Shown here: piece by piece, positions 15,001 to 30,400 of the stretch
How positions within the stretch are numbered: position 1 is the stretch's first letter
Layout of the letters: each line of letters starts with the position of its first letter
Source of the DNA: Antedon mediterranea
Taxonomy: Eukaryota > Animalia > Echinodermata
NCBI RefSeq assembly: GCF_964355755.1
Contig: NC_092678.1
Coordinates: 11,034,352-11,098,351, forward strand
Reading direction: 5' to 3'
Length of the DNA: 64,000 nucleotides
Position numbers and translations under genes: made by a program
Notes under the pieces: model-generated
Told to the model about the DNA's origin: nothing
The model's input: the letters and a program-made list of their open reading frames with translations, nothing else
Databases searched by the model: none

Positions 15001-18000
15001 GATTAATTACTGGCCATTGTATTGAGTTGTACCATTGAATGGAACAAAATGATTAATTACTGGCCATTGTATTGAGTTGTACCATTGAATGGAACAAAAT
15101 GAATAATTACTGGCCATTGCATTGAGTTGTACCATTGAATGGAACAAAATGATTAATTATTGGCCATTGCATTGAGTTGTACTATTGAATGGAACAAAAT
15201 GATTAATTACTGGCCATTGTATTGAGTTGTACCATTGAATGGAACAAAATGATTAATTACTGGCCATTGCATTGAGTTGTACAATTGAAAGGAACAAAAT
15301 GATTAATTACTGGCCATTGTATTGAGTTGTACCATTGAATGGAACAAAATGATTAATTAATGGCCATTGTATTGAGTTGTACCATTGAATGGAACAAAAT
15401 GATTAATTACTGGCCATTGTATTGAGTTGTACCATTGAATTGAACAAAATGATTAATTACTGGCCATTGTATTGAGTTGTACCATTGAATGGAACAAAAT
15501 GATTAATTGCTGGCCATTATATTGAGTTGTACCATTGAATGGAACAAAATGATTGATTACAGGCCATTGTATTGAGTAGTACCATTGAATGGAACAAAAT
15601 GATTAATTACTGGCCATTGTATTGAATTGTACCATTGAATGGAACAAAATGATTATTTACTGGCCATTGTATTGAGTTGTATCATTGAATGGAACAAAAT
15701 GATTAATTACTGGCCATTGTATTGAGTTGTACCATTGAATGGAACAAAATGATTAATTGATTGATTAATAATGAGTATGAAATAAAATAAAAAAATAAAA
15801 ATTGTATTGAGTTGTACCATTGAATGGAACAAAATGATTAGTTACTGGCCATTGTATTGAGTTGTACCATTAAATGGAACAAAATGATTAATTGCTGGCC
15901 ATTGTATTGAGTTGTACCATTGAATGGAACAAAATGATTAATTACTGGCCATTGTATTGAGTTGTACCATTGAATGGAACAAAATGATTATTTACTAACC
16001 ATTGTATTGAGTTGTACCATTGAATGGAACAAAATGATTTATTACTTGCCTTTGTATTGAGTTGTACCATTGAATGGAACAAAATGATTAATTGCTTTTT
16101 CCTTTTTTTTAATTTATTTGGCATCTGGCCATTGTATTGAGTTGTACCATTGAATGGAACAAAATGATTAATTACTGGCCATTGTATTGAGTTGTACCAT
16201 TGAATGGAACAAAATAATTAATTACTGGCCATTGTATTGAGTTGTACCATTGAATGGAACAAAATGATTGATTACTGGCCATTGTATTGAGTTGTACCAT
16301 TGAATGGAACAAAATGATTTATTACTTGCCTTTGTATTGAGTTGTACCATTGAATGGAAAAAAATGATTAATTGCTTTTTCCTTTTTTTTAATTTATTTG
16401 GCATCTGGCCATTGTATTGAGTTGTACCATTGAATGGAACAAAATGATTAATTACTGGCCATTGTATTGAGTTGTACCATTGAATGGAACAAAATAATTA
16501 ATTACTGGCCATTGTATTGAGTTGTACCATTGAATGGAACAAAATGATTGATTACTGGCCATTGTATTGAGTTGTACCATTGAACGGAACAAAATAATTA
16601 ATTACTGGCCATTGTATTGAGTTGTACCATTGAAAGGAACAAAATGATTAATTACTGGCCATTGTATTGAGTTGTACCATTGAATGGAACAAAATGATTA
16701 ATTACTGGCCATTTTATTGAGTTGTACCATTGAATTGAACAAAATGATTAATTACTGGCCATTGTATTGAGTTGTACCATTGAATTGAACAAAATGATTA
16801 ATTACTGGCCATTGTATTGAGTTGTACCATTGAATGGAACGAAATGATTAATTATTAGCCATTGTATTGAGTTGTACCATTGAATGGAACAAAATGATTG
16901 ATTACTGGCCATTGTATTGAGTTGTACCATTGAATGGAACAAAATGATTAATTACTAACCATTTTATTGAGTTGTACCATTGAATGGAACAAAATGAATA
17001 ATTATTGGCCATTGTATTGAGTTGTACAATTGAATGGAACAAAATGATTAATTACTAACCATTTTATTGAGTTGTACCATTGAATGGAACAAAATGAATA
17101 ATTATTGGCCATTGTATTGAGTTGTACCATTGAATGGAACAAATTGATTAATTACTGGCCATTGTATTGAGTTGTACTATTGAATGGAACAAAATGATTA
17201 ATTACTAACCATTGTATTGAGTTGTACTATTGAATGGAACAAAATGATTAATTACTGGCCTTTGTATTGAGTTGCACCATTGAATGGAACAAAATGATTA
17301 ATTACTGGCCATTGTATTGAGTTGTACCATTGAATGGAACAAAATGATTAATTACTGGCCATTGTATTGAGTTGTACCATTGAATGGAACAAAATGATTA
17401 ATTACTTTCCATTGTATTGAGTTGTACCATTGAATGGAACAAAATGATTAATTGCTGGCTATTGTATTGAGTTGTACCATTGAATGGAACAAATTGATTA
17501 CTTACTGGCCATTGTATTGAGTTGTACCATTGAATGGAACAAAATCATTAATTACTGGCCATTGTATTGAGTTGTACCATTGAATGGAACAAAATGATTA
17601 ATTACTGGCCATTGTATTGAGTTGTAACATTGAAGGGACAAAATGATTAATTGATTGATTAATAATGAGTATGAAATAAAATAAAAAAATAAAAATTGTA
17701 TTGAGTTGTACCATAGAATGGAACAAAATGATTAGTTACTGGCCATTGTATTGAGTTGTACCATTGAATGGAACAAAATGATTAAATACTGGCCATTGTA
17801 TTGAGTTGTACCATTGAATGGAACAAAATGATTAATTACTAACCATTGTATTGAGTTGTACCATTGAATGGAATAAAATGATTAATTAATGGCCATTGCA
17901 TTGAGTTGTACCATTGAATGGAACAAAATGATTAATTACTGGCCATTGTATTGAGTTGTACCATTGAATGGAACAAAATGATTAATTACTGGCCATTGTA

Positions 18001-21000
18001 TTGAGTTGTACCATTGAATGGAACAAAATGAATAATTACTGGCCATTGCATTGAGTTGTACCATTGAATGGAACAAAATGATTAATTACTGGCCATTGTA
18101 TTGAGTTGTACCATTGAATGGAACAAACTGATTAATTACTGGCCATTGTATTGAGTTGTACCATTGAATGGAACAAAATGATTAATTACTGGCCATTGTA
18201 TTGAATTGTACCATTGAATGGAACAAAATGATTATTTACTGGCCATTGTATTGAGTTGTATCATTGAATGGAACAAAATCATTAATTACTGGCCATTGTA
18301 TTGAGTTGTACCATTGAATGGAACAAAATGATTAATTACTAACCATTTTATTGAGTTGTACCATTGAATGGAACAAAATGATTAATTACTGGCCATTGTA
18401 TTGAGTTGTACCATTGAATGGAACAAAATGATTAATTATTGGCCATTGCATTGAGTTGTACTATTGAATGGAACAAAATGATTAATTACTGGCCATTGTA
18501 TTGAGTTGTACCATTGAATGGAACAAAATGATTAATTACTGGCCATTGCATTGAGTTGTACAATTGAAAGGAACAAAATGATTAATTACTGGCCATTGTA
18601 TTGAGTTGTACCATTGAATGGAACAAAATGATTAATTACTGGCCATTGTATTGAGTTGTACCATTGAATGGAACAAAATGATTAATTACTGGCCATTGTA
18701 TTGAGTTGTACCATTGAATTGAACAAAATGATTAATTACTGGCCATTGTATTGAGTTGTACCATTGAATGGAACAAAATGATTAATTGCTGGCCATTATA
18801 TTGAGTTGTACCATTGAATGGAACAAAATGATTGATTACAGGCCATTGTATTGAGTAGTACCATTGAATGGAACAAAATGATTAATTACTGGCCATTGTA
18901 TTGAATTGTACCATTGAATGGAACAAAATGATTATTTACTGGCCATTGTATTGAGTTGTATCATTGAATGGAACAAAATCATTAATTACTGGCCATTGTA
19001 TTGAGTTGTACCATTGAATGGAACAAAATGATTAATTGATTGATTAATAATGAGTATGAAATAAAATAAAAAAATAAAAATTGTATTGAGTTGTACCATT
19101 GAATGGAACAAAATGATTAGTTACTGGCCATTGTATTGAGTTGTACCATTAAATGGAACAAAATGATTAATTGCTGGCCATTGTATTGAGTTGTACCATT
19201 GAATGGAACAAAATGATTAATTACTGGCCATTGTATTGAGTTGTACCATTGAATGGAACAAAATGATTATTTACTAACCATTGTATTGAGTTGTACCATT
19301 GAATGGAACAAAATGATTTATTACTTGCCTTTGTATTGAGTTGTACCATTGAATGGAACAAAATGATTAATTGCTTTTTCCTTTTTTTTAATTTATTTGG
19401 CATCTGGCCATTGTATTGAGTTGTACCATTGAATGGAACAAAATGATTAATTACTGGCCATTGTATTGAGTTGTACCATTGAATGGAACAAAATGATTAA
19501 TTACTGGCCATTGCATTGAGTTGTACCATTGAATGGAACAAAATGATTAATTACTGGCCATTGCATTGAGTTGTACCATTGAATGGAACAAAATGATTAG
19601 TTACTGGCCATTGTATTGAGTTGTACCATTGAATGGAACAAAATGATTAATTACTGGCCATTGTATTGAGTTGTACCATTGAATGGAACAAAATGATTAA
19701 TTACTGGCCATTGCATTGAGCTGTTCAATTGAATGGAACAAAATGATTAATTACTGGCCATTGCATTGAGTTGTACCATTGAATGGAACAAAATGATTAA
19801 TTACTGGCCATTGTATTGAGTTGTACCATTGAATGGAACAAAATGATTAATTACTGGCCATTGCATTGAGTTGTACCATAGAATGGAACAAAATGATTAA
19901 TTACTGGCCATTGTATTGAGTTGTACCATTGAATGGAACAAAATGATTAATTATTGGCCATTGTATTGAGTTGTACTATTGAATGGAACAAAATGATTAA
20001 TTACTGGCCATTGTATTGAGTTGTACCATTGAATGGAACAAAATGATTAATTACTGGCCATTGTATTGAGTTGTACCATTGAATGGAACAAAATGATTAG
20101 TTACTGGCCATTGTATTGAGTTGTACCATTGAATGGAACAAAATGATTAATTTCTGGCCATTGTATTGAGTTGTACCATTGAATGGAACAAAATGATTAA
20201 TTACTGGCCATTGCATTGAGCTGTTCCATTGAATGGAACAAAATGATTAATTACTGGCCATTGGATTGAGTTGTACCATTGAATGGAACAAAATGATTAA
20301 TTACTGGCCATTGTATTGAGTTGTACCATTGAATGGAACAAAATGATTAATTGCTTTTTCCTTTTTTTTTTTCATTTATTTGGCATCTGGCCATTGTATT
20401 GAGTTGTACCATTGAATGGAACAAAATGATTAATTACTGGCCATTGTATTGAGTTGTACCATTGAATGGAACAAAATGATTAATTACTGGCCATTGCATT
20501 GAGTTGTACCATTGAATGGAACAAAATGATTAATTACTGGCCATTGTATTGAGTTGTACCATTGAATGGAACAAAATGATTAATTATTGGCCATTGTATT
20601 GAGTTGTACTATTGAATGGAACAAAATGATTAATTACTGGCCATTGCATTGAGTTGTACCATTGAAAGGAACAAAATGATTAATTACTGGCCATTGTATT
20701 GAGTTGTACCATTGAATGGAACAAAATGATTAATTACTGGCCATTGTATTGAGTTGTACCATTGAATGGAACAAAATGATTAATTTCTGGCCTTTGTATT
20801 GAGTTGTACCATTGAATTGAACAAAATGATTAATTACTGGCCATTGTATTGAGTTGTACCATTGAATGGAACAAAATGATTAATTGCTGGCCATTATATT
20901 GAGTTGTACCATTGAATCGAACAAAATGATTGATTACAGGCCATTGTATTGAGTTGTACCATTGAATGGAACAAAATGATTAATTACTGGCCATTGTATT

Positions 21001-21426
21001 GAGTTGTACCATTGAATGGAACAAAATGATTAATTACTGGCCATTGTATTGAATTGTACCATTGAATGGAACAAAATGATTATTTACTGGCCATTGTATT
21101 GAGTTGTATCATTGAATGGAACAAAATCATTAATTACTGGCCATTGTATTGAGTTGTACCATTGAATGGAACAAAATGATTAATTACTAACCATTTTATT
21201 GAGTTGTACCATTGAATGGAACAAAATGAATAATTATTGGCCATTGTATTGAGTTGTACCATTGAATGGAACAAAATGATTAATTACTGGCCATTGTATT
21301 GAGTTGTACCATTGAATGGAACAAAATGATTAATTATTGGCCATTGCATTGAGTTGTACTATTGAATGGAACAAAATTATTAATTACTGGCCATTGTATT
21401 GAGTTGTACTATTGAATGGAACAAAA
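1..21426. repeat. Sat50 tandem satellite array 1 (50-bp monomer TTGAGTTGTACCATTGAATGGAACAAAATGATTAATTACTGGCCATTGTA), runs off the left edge
   Basis: Exact 50-bp periodicity throughout, with mostly 0-2 substitutions per monomer and recurrent 80-bp and 85-bp variant monomers. Diagnostic variants recur at 6278-bp spacing (e.g. GTAACATTGAAGGGAC near 5068, 11346 and 17624). Confidence 0.98.
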
Positions 21427-24400
21427 AACGGTCTAAAACGGTTCTAATGTGATTTTAAGCACTTTGATGCTTTTGTATAACCAAGTTTCATCGAAATGCT
21501 CAAAATGGTCTAAAACGTTTTTAAAACGATATTAAGCTATTTTGTGATCTTTGATGTTTTTGTGTAACCAAGTTTCATCGAAATGAACAAAATGGTCTAA
21601 AACGTCTCCAAATGCGATTTGAAGCTTTTGTGTAACCAAGTTTTTTTCGAAAATCACAAAATTGTCTAAAACGTCTCCGAATGCGATTTGAAGCTCTTCT
21701 GTACACTTTGATGTTTTGTGTGAAAAAGTTTTGTCGAAATGCTCAAAATGGTCTAAAACGTTTTTAAATACGATATTAAGCTGTTTTGTGCACTTTGATG
21801 ATTTGTGTGAAAAGTTTTAACGAAATGCTCAAAATGGTCTAAAACGGTTTCTAATGTGATTTTAAGCACTTTGATGTTTTTGTGTAACCAAGTTTTTTCG
21901 AAAATCACAAAATGGTCTAAAACGTCTCAAAATGCGATTTGAAGGTATTCTGAGCACTTTGGTGTTTTTGTGTGAAAAGTTTTAAAGAAAGCTCAAAATG
22001 GTCTAAAACGGTTCTAATGTGATTTTAAGCACTTTAATGTTTTTGTATAACCAAGTTTCATCGAAATGCACAAAATGGTCTAAAACGTGTCCAAATGCGA
22101 TTTAAAGGTATTCTAGACACTTTGATGTTTTGTGTGAAAAACTTTTCTCGAAATGCTCAAAATGGTCTAAAACGTTTTTAAAACGATATTAAGCTATTTT
22201 GTGCTCTTTGATGTTTTTGTGTAACCAAGTTTCATCGAAATGAACAAAATGGTCTAAAACGTCTCCAAATGCGATTTGAAGCTTTTCCAAGCACTTTGCT
22301 GTTTTATGTTAACAAGTTTTTTCGAAAATCACAAAATGGTCTAAAACGTCTCCAAATGCGATTTGAAGGTATTTTGAGCACTTTGGTGTTTTTGTGTGAA
22401 AAGTTTTAACGAAATGCTCAAAATGGTCTAAAACGGTTCTAATGTGATTTTAAGCACTTTAATGTTTTTGTATAACCAAGTTTCGTCGAAATGCACAAAA
22501 TGGTCTAAAACGTGTCCAAATGCGATTGAAAGGTATTCTAGACACTTTGATGTTTTGTGTGAAAAAGTTTTCTCGAAATGCTCAAAATGGTCTAAAACGT
22601 TTTCCAATACCCTATTTGATGTTTTTGTGTAACCAAGTTTTTTCGAAAATCACAAAATTGTCTAAAACGTCTCCGAATGCGATTTGAAGCTCTTCTGTAC
22701 ACTTTGATGTTTTGTGTAAAAAAGTTTTGTCGAAATGCTCAAAATGGTCTAAAACGTTTTTAAATACGATATTAAGCTGTTTTGTGCACTTTGATGATCT
22801 GTGTGAAAAGTTTTAACGAAATGCTCAAAATGGTCTAAAACGGTTTTTAATGTGATTTTAAGTACTTTGATGTTTTTGTATAACCAAGTTTCATCGAAAT
22901 GCACAAAATGGTCTAAAACGTCTCCAAATGCGATTTAAAGCTATTCTAGAGACTTTGATGTTTTGTGTGAAAAGGTTTTCTCGAAATGCTCAAAATGGTC
23001 TAAAACGTCTCCAAATGCGATTTGAAGATATTCTGAGCACTTTGGTGTTTTTATGTTAAAAAGTTTTTTCGAAAATCACAAAATGGTCTAAAACGTCTCC
23101 AAATGCGATTTGAAGCTATTCTGTACACTTTGATGTTTTGTGTGAAAAAGTTTTAACGAAATGCTCAAAATGGTCTAAAACGGTTCTAATGTGATTTTAA
23201 GCACTTTGATGTTTTTGTATAACCAAGTTTCATCGAAATGAACAAAATGGTCTAAAACGTCTCCAAATGCGATTTGAAGCTTTTCCAAGCACTTTGCTGT
23301 TTTTATGTTAACAAGTTTTTTCGAAAATCACAAAATGGTCTAAAACGTCTCAAAATGCGATTTTAAGGTATTCTGAGCACTTTGGTGTTTTTGTGTGAAA
23401 AGTTTTAACGAAATGCTCAAAATGGTCTAAAACGGTTCTAATGTGATTTTAAGCACTTTGATGTTTTTGTATAACCAAGTTTCATCGAAATGCACAAAAT
23501 GGTCTAAAACGTCTCCAAATGCGATTTAAAGCTATTCTAGACACTTTGATGTTTTGTGTGAAAAAGTTTTCTCGAAATGCTCAAAATGGGCTAAAACGTT
23601 TTCCAATACCATATTAAGCTATTTTGTGCAATTTGATGTTTTTGTGTAACCAAGTTTTTTCGAAAATCACAAAATTGTCTAAAACGTCTCCGAATGCGAT
23701 TTGAAGCTCTTCTGTACACTTTGATGTTTTGTGTGAAAAAGTTTTGTCGAAATGCTCAAAATGGTCTAAAACGTTTTTAAATACGATATTAAGCTGTTTT
23801 GTGCACTTTGATGATTTGTGTGAAAAGTTTTAACGAAATGCTCAAAATGGTCTACAACGGTTTCTAATGTGATTTTAAGCTCTTTGATGTTTTTGTGTAA
23901 CCAAGTTTTTTCGAAAATCACAAAATGGTCTAAAACGTCTCCAAATGCGATTTGAAGCTTTTCTAAGCACTTTGGTGTTTTTATGTTAACAAGTTTTTTC
24001 GAAAATCACAAAATGGTCTAAAACGTCTCCATATGCGATTTGAAGATATTCTGAGCACTTTGGTGTTTTTATGTTAAAAAGTTTTTTCGAAAATCACAAA
24101 ATGGTCTAAAACGTCTCCAAATGCGATTTGAAGCTATTCTGTAAACTTTGATGTTTTGTGTGAAAAAGTTTTAACGAAATGCTCAAAATGGTCTAAAACG
24201 GTTCTAATGTGATTTTAAGCACTTTGATGTTTTTGTGTAACCAAGTTTTTTCGAAAATCACAAAATGGTCTAAAACTTCTCCAAATGCGATTTGAAGCTT
24301 TTCTAAGCACTTTGGTGTTTTTATGTTAAAAAGTTTTTTCGAAAATCACAAAATGGTCTAAAACGTCTCCAAATGCGATTTGAAGCTATTCTGTACACTT

Positions 24401-27400
24401 TGATGTTTTGTGTGAAAAAGTTTTGTCGAAATGCTCAAAATGGTCTAAAACGATTTTAAAACGATATTAAGCTATTTTGTGCTCTTTGATGTTTTTGTGT
24501 AACCAAGTTTCATCGATATGAACAAAATGGTCTAAAACGTCTCCAAATGCGATTTGAAGCTTTTCTAAGCACTTTGGTGTTTTTATGTTAACAAGTTTTT
24601 TCGAAAATCACAAAATGGTCTAAAACGTCTCCAAATGCGATTTGAAGATATTCTGAGCACTTTGGTGTTTTTATGTTAAAAAGTTTTTTCGAAAATCACA
24701 AAATGGTCTAAAACGTCTCCAAATGCGATTTGACTTGATTTGACACTTTGATGTTTTGTGTGAAAAAGTTTTGTCGAAATGCTCAAAATGGTCTAAAACG
24801 TTTTTAAAACGATATTAAGCTATTTTGTGCTCTTTGATGTTTTTGTGTAACCAAGTTTCATCGAAATGAACAAAATGGTCTAAAACGTCTCCAAATGCGA
24901 TTTGAAGCTTTTCCAAGCACTTTGCTGTTTTTATGTTAACAAGTTTTTTCGAAAATCACAAAATGGTCTAAAACGTCTCAAAATGCGATTTGAAGGTATT
25001 CTGAGCACTTTGGTGTTTTTGTGTGAAAAGTTTTAACGAAATGCTCAAAATGGTCTAAAACGTCTCCAAATGCGATTTAAAGCTATTCTAGACACTTTGA
25101 TGTTTTGTGTGAAAAAGTTTTCTCGAAATTCTCAAAATGGTCTAAAACGTTTTCCAATACCATATTAAGCTATTTTGTGCAATTTGATGTTTTTGTGTAA
25201 CCAAGTTTTTTCGAAAATCACAAAATTGTCTAAAACGTCTCCGAATGCGATTTGAAGCTCTTCTGTACACTTTGATGTTTTGTGTGAAAAAGTTTTGTCG
25301 AAATGCTCAAAATGGTCTAAAACGTTTTTAAATACGATATTAAGCTGTTTTGTGCACTTTGATGATTTGTGTGAAAAGTTTTAACGAAATGCTCAAAATG
25401 GTCTAAAACGGTTTCTAATGTGATTTTAAGCTCTTTGATGTTTTTGTGTAACCAAGTTTTTTCGAAAATCACAAAATGGTCTAAAACGTCTCCAAATGCG
25501 ATTTGAAGCTTTTCTAAGCACTTTGGTGTTTTTATGTTAACAAGTTTTTTCGAAAATCACAAAATGGTCTAAAACGTCTCCAAATGCGATTTGAAGATAT
25601 TCTGAGCACATTGGTGTTTTTATGTTAAAAAGTTTTTTCGAAAATCACAAAATGGTCTAAAACGTTTCCAAATGCGATTTGAAGCTCTTCTGTATACTTT
25701 GATGTTTTGTGTGAAAAAGTTTTGTCGAAATGCTCAAAATGGTCTAAAACGTTTTTAAATACGATATTAAGCTGTTTTGTGCACTTTGATGATTTGTGTG
25801 AAAAGTTTTAAAGAAATGCTCAAAATGGTCAAAAACGGTTTCTAATGTGATTTTAAGCACTTTGATGTTTTTGTGTAACCAAGTTTTTTCGAAAATCACA
25901 AAATGGTCTAAAACGTCTCCAAATGCGATTTGAAGCTTTTCTAAACACTTTGGTGTTTTTATGTTAACAAGTTTTTTCGAAAATCACAAAATGGTCTAAA
26001 ACGTCTCCAAATGCAATTTGAAGCTATTCTGTACACTTTGATGTTTTGTGTGAAAAAGTTTTGTCGAAATGCTCAAAATGGTCTAAAACGTTTTTAAAAC
26101 GATATTAAGCTATTTTGTGCTCTTTGATGTTTTTGTGTAACCAAGTTTCATCGATATGAACAAAATGGTCTAAAACGTCTCAAAATGCGATTTGAAGGTA
26201 TTCTGAGCACTTTGGTGTTTTTGGGTGAAAAGTTTTAACGAAATGCTCAAAATGGTCTAAAACGGTTTCTAATGTGATTTTAAGCACTTTGAAGTATTTG
26301 TACAAACAAGTTTCATCGAAATGCACAAAATGGTCTAAAACGTCTCCAAATGCGATTTGAAGCTTTTCTAAGCACTTTGGTGTTTTTATGTTTACAAGTT
26401 TTTTCGAAAATCACAAAATGGTCTAAAACGTCTCCAAATGCGATTTGAAGATATTCTGAGCACTTTGGTGTTTTTATGTTAAAAAGTTTTTTCGAAAATC
26501 ACAAAATGGTCTAAAACGTCTCCAAATGCGATTTGAAGCTCTTCTGTACACTTTGATGTTTTGTGTGAAAAAGTTTAGTCGAAATGCTCAAAATGGTCTA
26601 AAACGTTTTTAAAACGATATTAAGCTATTTTGTGCTCTTTGATGTTTTTGTGTAACCAAGTTTCATCGAAATGAACAAAATGGTCTAAAACGTCTCCAAA
26701 TGCGATTTGAAGCTTTTCCAAGCACTTCGCTGTTTTTATGTTAACAAGTTTTTTCGAAACTCACAAAATGGTCTAAAACGTCTCAAAATGCGATTTGAAG
26801 GTATTCTGAGCACTTTGGTGTTTTTGTGTGAAAAGTTTTAACGAAATGCTCAAAATGGTCTAAAACGGTTTCTAATGTGATTTTAAGCACTTTGATGTTT
26901 TTGTATAACCAAGTTTCATCGAAATGCAAAAAAATGGTCTGAAACGTCTCCAAATGCGATTTGAAGCTTTTCTAAGCACTTTGGTGTTTTTATGTTAACA
27001 AGGTTTTTCGAAAATCACAAAATGGTCTAAAACGTCTCCAAATGCGATTTGAAGATATTCTGAGCACTTTGGTGTTTTTATGTTAAAAAGTTTTTTCGAA
27101 AATCACAAAATGGTCTAAAACGTCTCCAAATGCGATTTGAAGGTCTTCTGTACACTTTGATGTTTTGTGTGAAAAAGTTTTGTCAAAATGCTCAAAATGG
27201 TCTAAAACGTTTTTAAAACGATATTAAGCTATTTTGTGCTCTTTGATGTTTTTGTATAACCAAGTTTTTTCGAAAATCACAAAATGGTCTAAAACGTCTC
27301 CAAATGCGATTTGAAGCTTTTCCAAGCACTTTGCTGTTTTTATGTTAACAAGTTTTTTCGAAAATCACAAAATGGTCTAAAACGTCTCAAAATACGATAT

Positions 27401-30400
27401 TAAGCTGTTTTGTGCACTTTGATGATTTGTGTGAAAAGTTTTAACGAAATGCTCAAAATGGTCTAAAACGGTTTCTAATGTGATTTTAAGCACTTTGATG
27501 TTTTTATGTAGCCAAGTTTTTTCGAAAATCACAAAATGGTCTAAAACGTCTCCAAATGCGATTTGAAGCTTTTCTAAGCACTTTGGTGTTTTTATGTTAA
27601 CAAGTTTTTTCGAAAATCACAAAATGGTCTAAAACGTCTTCAAAAGCGATTTGAAGATATTCTGAGCACTTTGGTGTTTTTCTGTTAAAAAGTATTTTCG
27701 AAAATCACAAAATGGTCTAAAACGTCTCCAAAATGCGATTTGAAGCTATTCTGTACACTTTGATGTTTTGTGTGAAAAAGTTTTGTCAAAATGCTCAAAA
27801 TGGTCTAAAACGTTTTTAAAACGATATTAAGCTATTTTGTGCTCTTTGATGTTTTTGTATAACCAAGTTTTTTCGAAAATCACAAAATGGTCTAAAACGT
27901 CTCCAAATGCGATTTGAAGCTTTTCCAAGCACTTTGCTGTTTTTATGTTAACAATTTTTTTCGAAAATCATAAAATGGTCTAAAACGTCTCCAAATGCGA
28001 TTTGAAGCTATTCTGTACACTTTGATGTTTTGTGTGAAAAAGTTTTGTCGAAATTCTCAAAATGGTCTAAAACGTTTTTAAAACGATATTAAGCTATTTT
28101 GTGCTCTTTGATGTTTTTGTGTAACCAAGTTTCATCGAAATGAACAAAATGGTCTAAAACGTCTCCAAATGCGATTTCAAGCTTTTCTAAGCACTTTGGT
28201 GTTTTTATGTTAACAAGTTTTTTCGAAAATCACAAAATGGTCTAAAACGTCTCTAAATGCGATTTGAAGATATTCTGAGCACTTTGCTGTTTTTATGTTA
28301 ACAAGTTTTTTCGAAAATCACAAAATGGTCTAAAACGTCTCAAAATGCGATTTGAAGGTATTCTGAGCACTTTGGTGTTTTTGTGTGAAAAGTTTTAACG
28401 AAATGCTCAAAATGGTCTAAAACGGTTCTAATGTGATTTTAAGCACTTTGATGTTTTTGTATAACCAAGTTTCATCGAAATGCACAAAATGGTCTAAAAC
28501 GTCTCCAAATGCGATTTAAAGCTATTCTAGACACTTTGATGTTTTGTGTGAAAAAGTTTTCTCGAAATTCTCAAAATGGTCTAAAACGTTTTCCAATACC
28601 ATATTAAGCTATTTTGTGCAATTTGATGTTTTTGTGTAACCAAGTTTTTTCGAAAATCACAAAATTGTCTAAAACGTCTCCGAATGCGATTTAAAGCTCT
28701 TCTGTACACTTTGATGTTTTGTGTGAAAAAGTTTTGTCGAAATGCTCAAAATGGTCTAAAACGTTTTTAAATACGATATTAAGCTGTTTTGTGCACTTTG
28801 ATGATTTGTGTGAAAAGTTTTAACGAAATGCTCAAAATGGTCTAAAACGGTTTCTAATGTGATTTTAAGCTCTTTGATGTTTTTGTGTAACCAAGTTTTT
28901 TCGAAAATCACAAAATGGTCTAAAACGTCTCCAAATGCGATTTGAAGCTTTTCTAAGCACTTTGGTGTTTTTATGTTAACAAGTTTTTTCGAAAATCACA
29001 AAATGGTCTAAAACGTCTCTAAATGCGATTTGAAGATATTCTGAGCACTTTGGTGTTTTTATGTTAAAACGTTTTTTCGAAAATCACAAAATGGTCTAAA
29101 ACGTCTCCAAATGCGATTTGAAGCTATTCTGTACACTTTGATGTTTTGTGTGAAAAAGTTTTAACGAAATGCTCAAAATGGTCTAAAACGGTTCTAATGT
29201 GATTTTAAGCACTTTGATGTTTTTGTATAACCAAGTTTCATCGAAATGAACAAAATGGTCTAAAACGTCTCCAAATGCGATTTGAAGCTTTTCCAAGCAC
29301 TTTGCTGTTTTTATGTTAACAAGTTTTTTCGAAAATCACAAAATGGTCTAAAACGTCTCAAAATGCGATTTGAAGGTATTATGAGCACTTTGGTGTTTTT
29401 GTGTGAAAAGTTTTAACGAAATGCTCAAAATGGTCTAAAACGGTTCTAATGTGATTTTAAGCACTTTGATGTTTTTGTATAACCAAGTTTCATCGAAATG
29501 CACAAAATGGTCTAAAACGTCTCCAAATGCGATTTAAAGCTATTCTAGACACTTTGATGTTTTGTGTGAAAAAGTTTTTCTCGAAATGCTCAAAATGGTC
29601 TAAAACGTTTTCCAATACCATATTAAGCTATTTTGTGCAATTTGATGTTTTTGTGTAACCAAGTTTTTTGAAATGCGATTTGAAGATATTCTGAGCACTT
29701 TGGTGTTTTTATGTTAAAAAGTTTTTTCGAAAATCACAAAATGGTCTAAAACGTCTCCAAATGCGATTTGAAGCTATTCTGTACACTTTGATGTTTTGTG
29801 TGAAAAAGTTTTAACGAAATGCTCAAAATGGTCTAAAACGGTTTCTAATGTGATTTTAAGCACTTTGATGTTTTTGTGTAACCAAGTTTTTTCGAAAATC
29901 ACAAAATGGTCTAAAACTTCTCCAAATGCGATTTGAAGCTTTTCTAAGCACTTTGGTGTTTTTATGTTAAAAAGTTTTTTCGAAAATCACAAAATGGTCT
30001 AAAACGTCTCCAAATGCGATTTGAAGCTATTCTGTACACTTTGATGTTTTGTGTGAAAAAGTTTTGTCGAAATGCTCAAAATGGTCTAAAACGATTTTAA
30101 AACGATATTAAGCTATTTTGTGCTCTTTGATGTTTTTGTGAAACCAAGTTTCATCGATATGAACAAAATGGTCTAAAACGTCTCCAAATGCGATTTGAAG
30201 CTTTTCTAAGCACTTTGGTGTTTTTATGTTAACAAGTTTTTTCGAAAATCACAAAATGGTCTAAAACGTCTCCAAATGCGATTTGAAGATATTCTGAGCA
30301 CTTTGGTGTTTTTATGTTAAAAAGTTTTTTCGAAAATCACAAAATGGTCTAAAACGTCTCCAAATGCGATTTGAAGCTATTCTGTACACTTTGATGTTTT

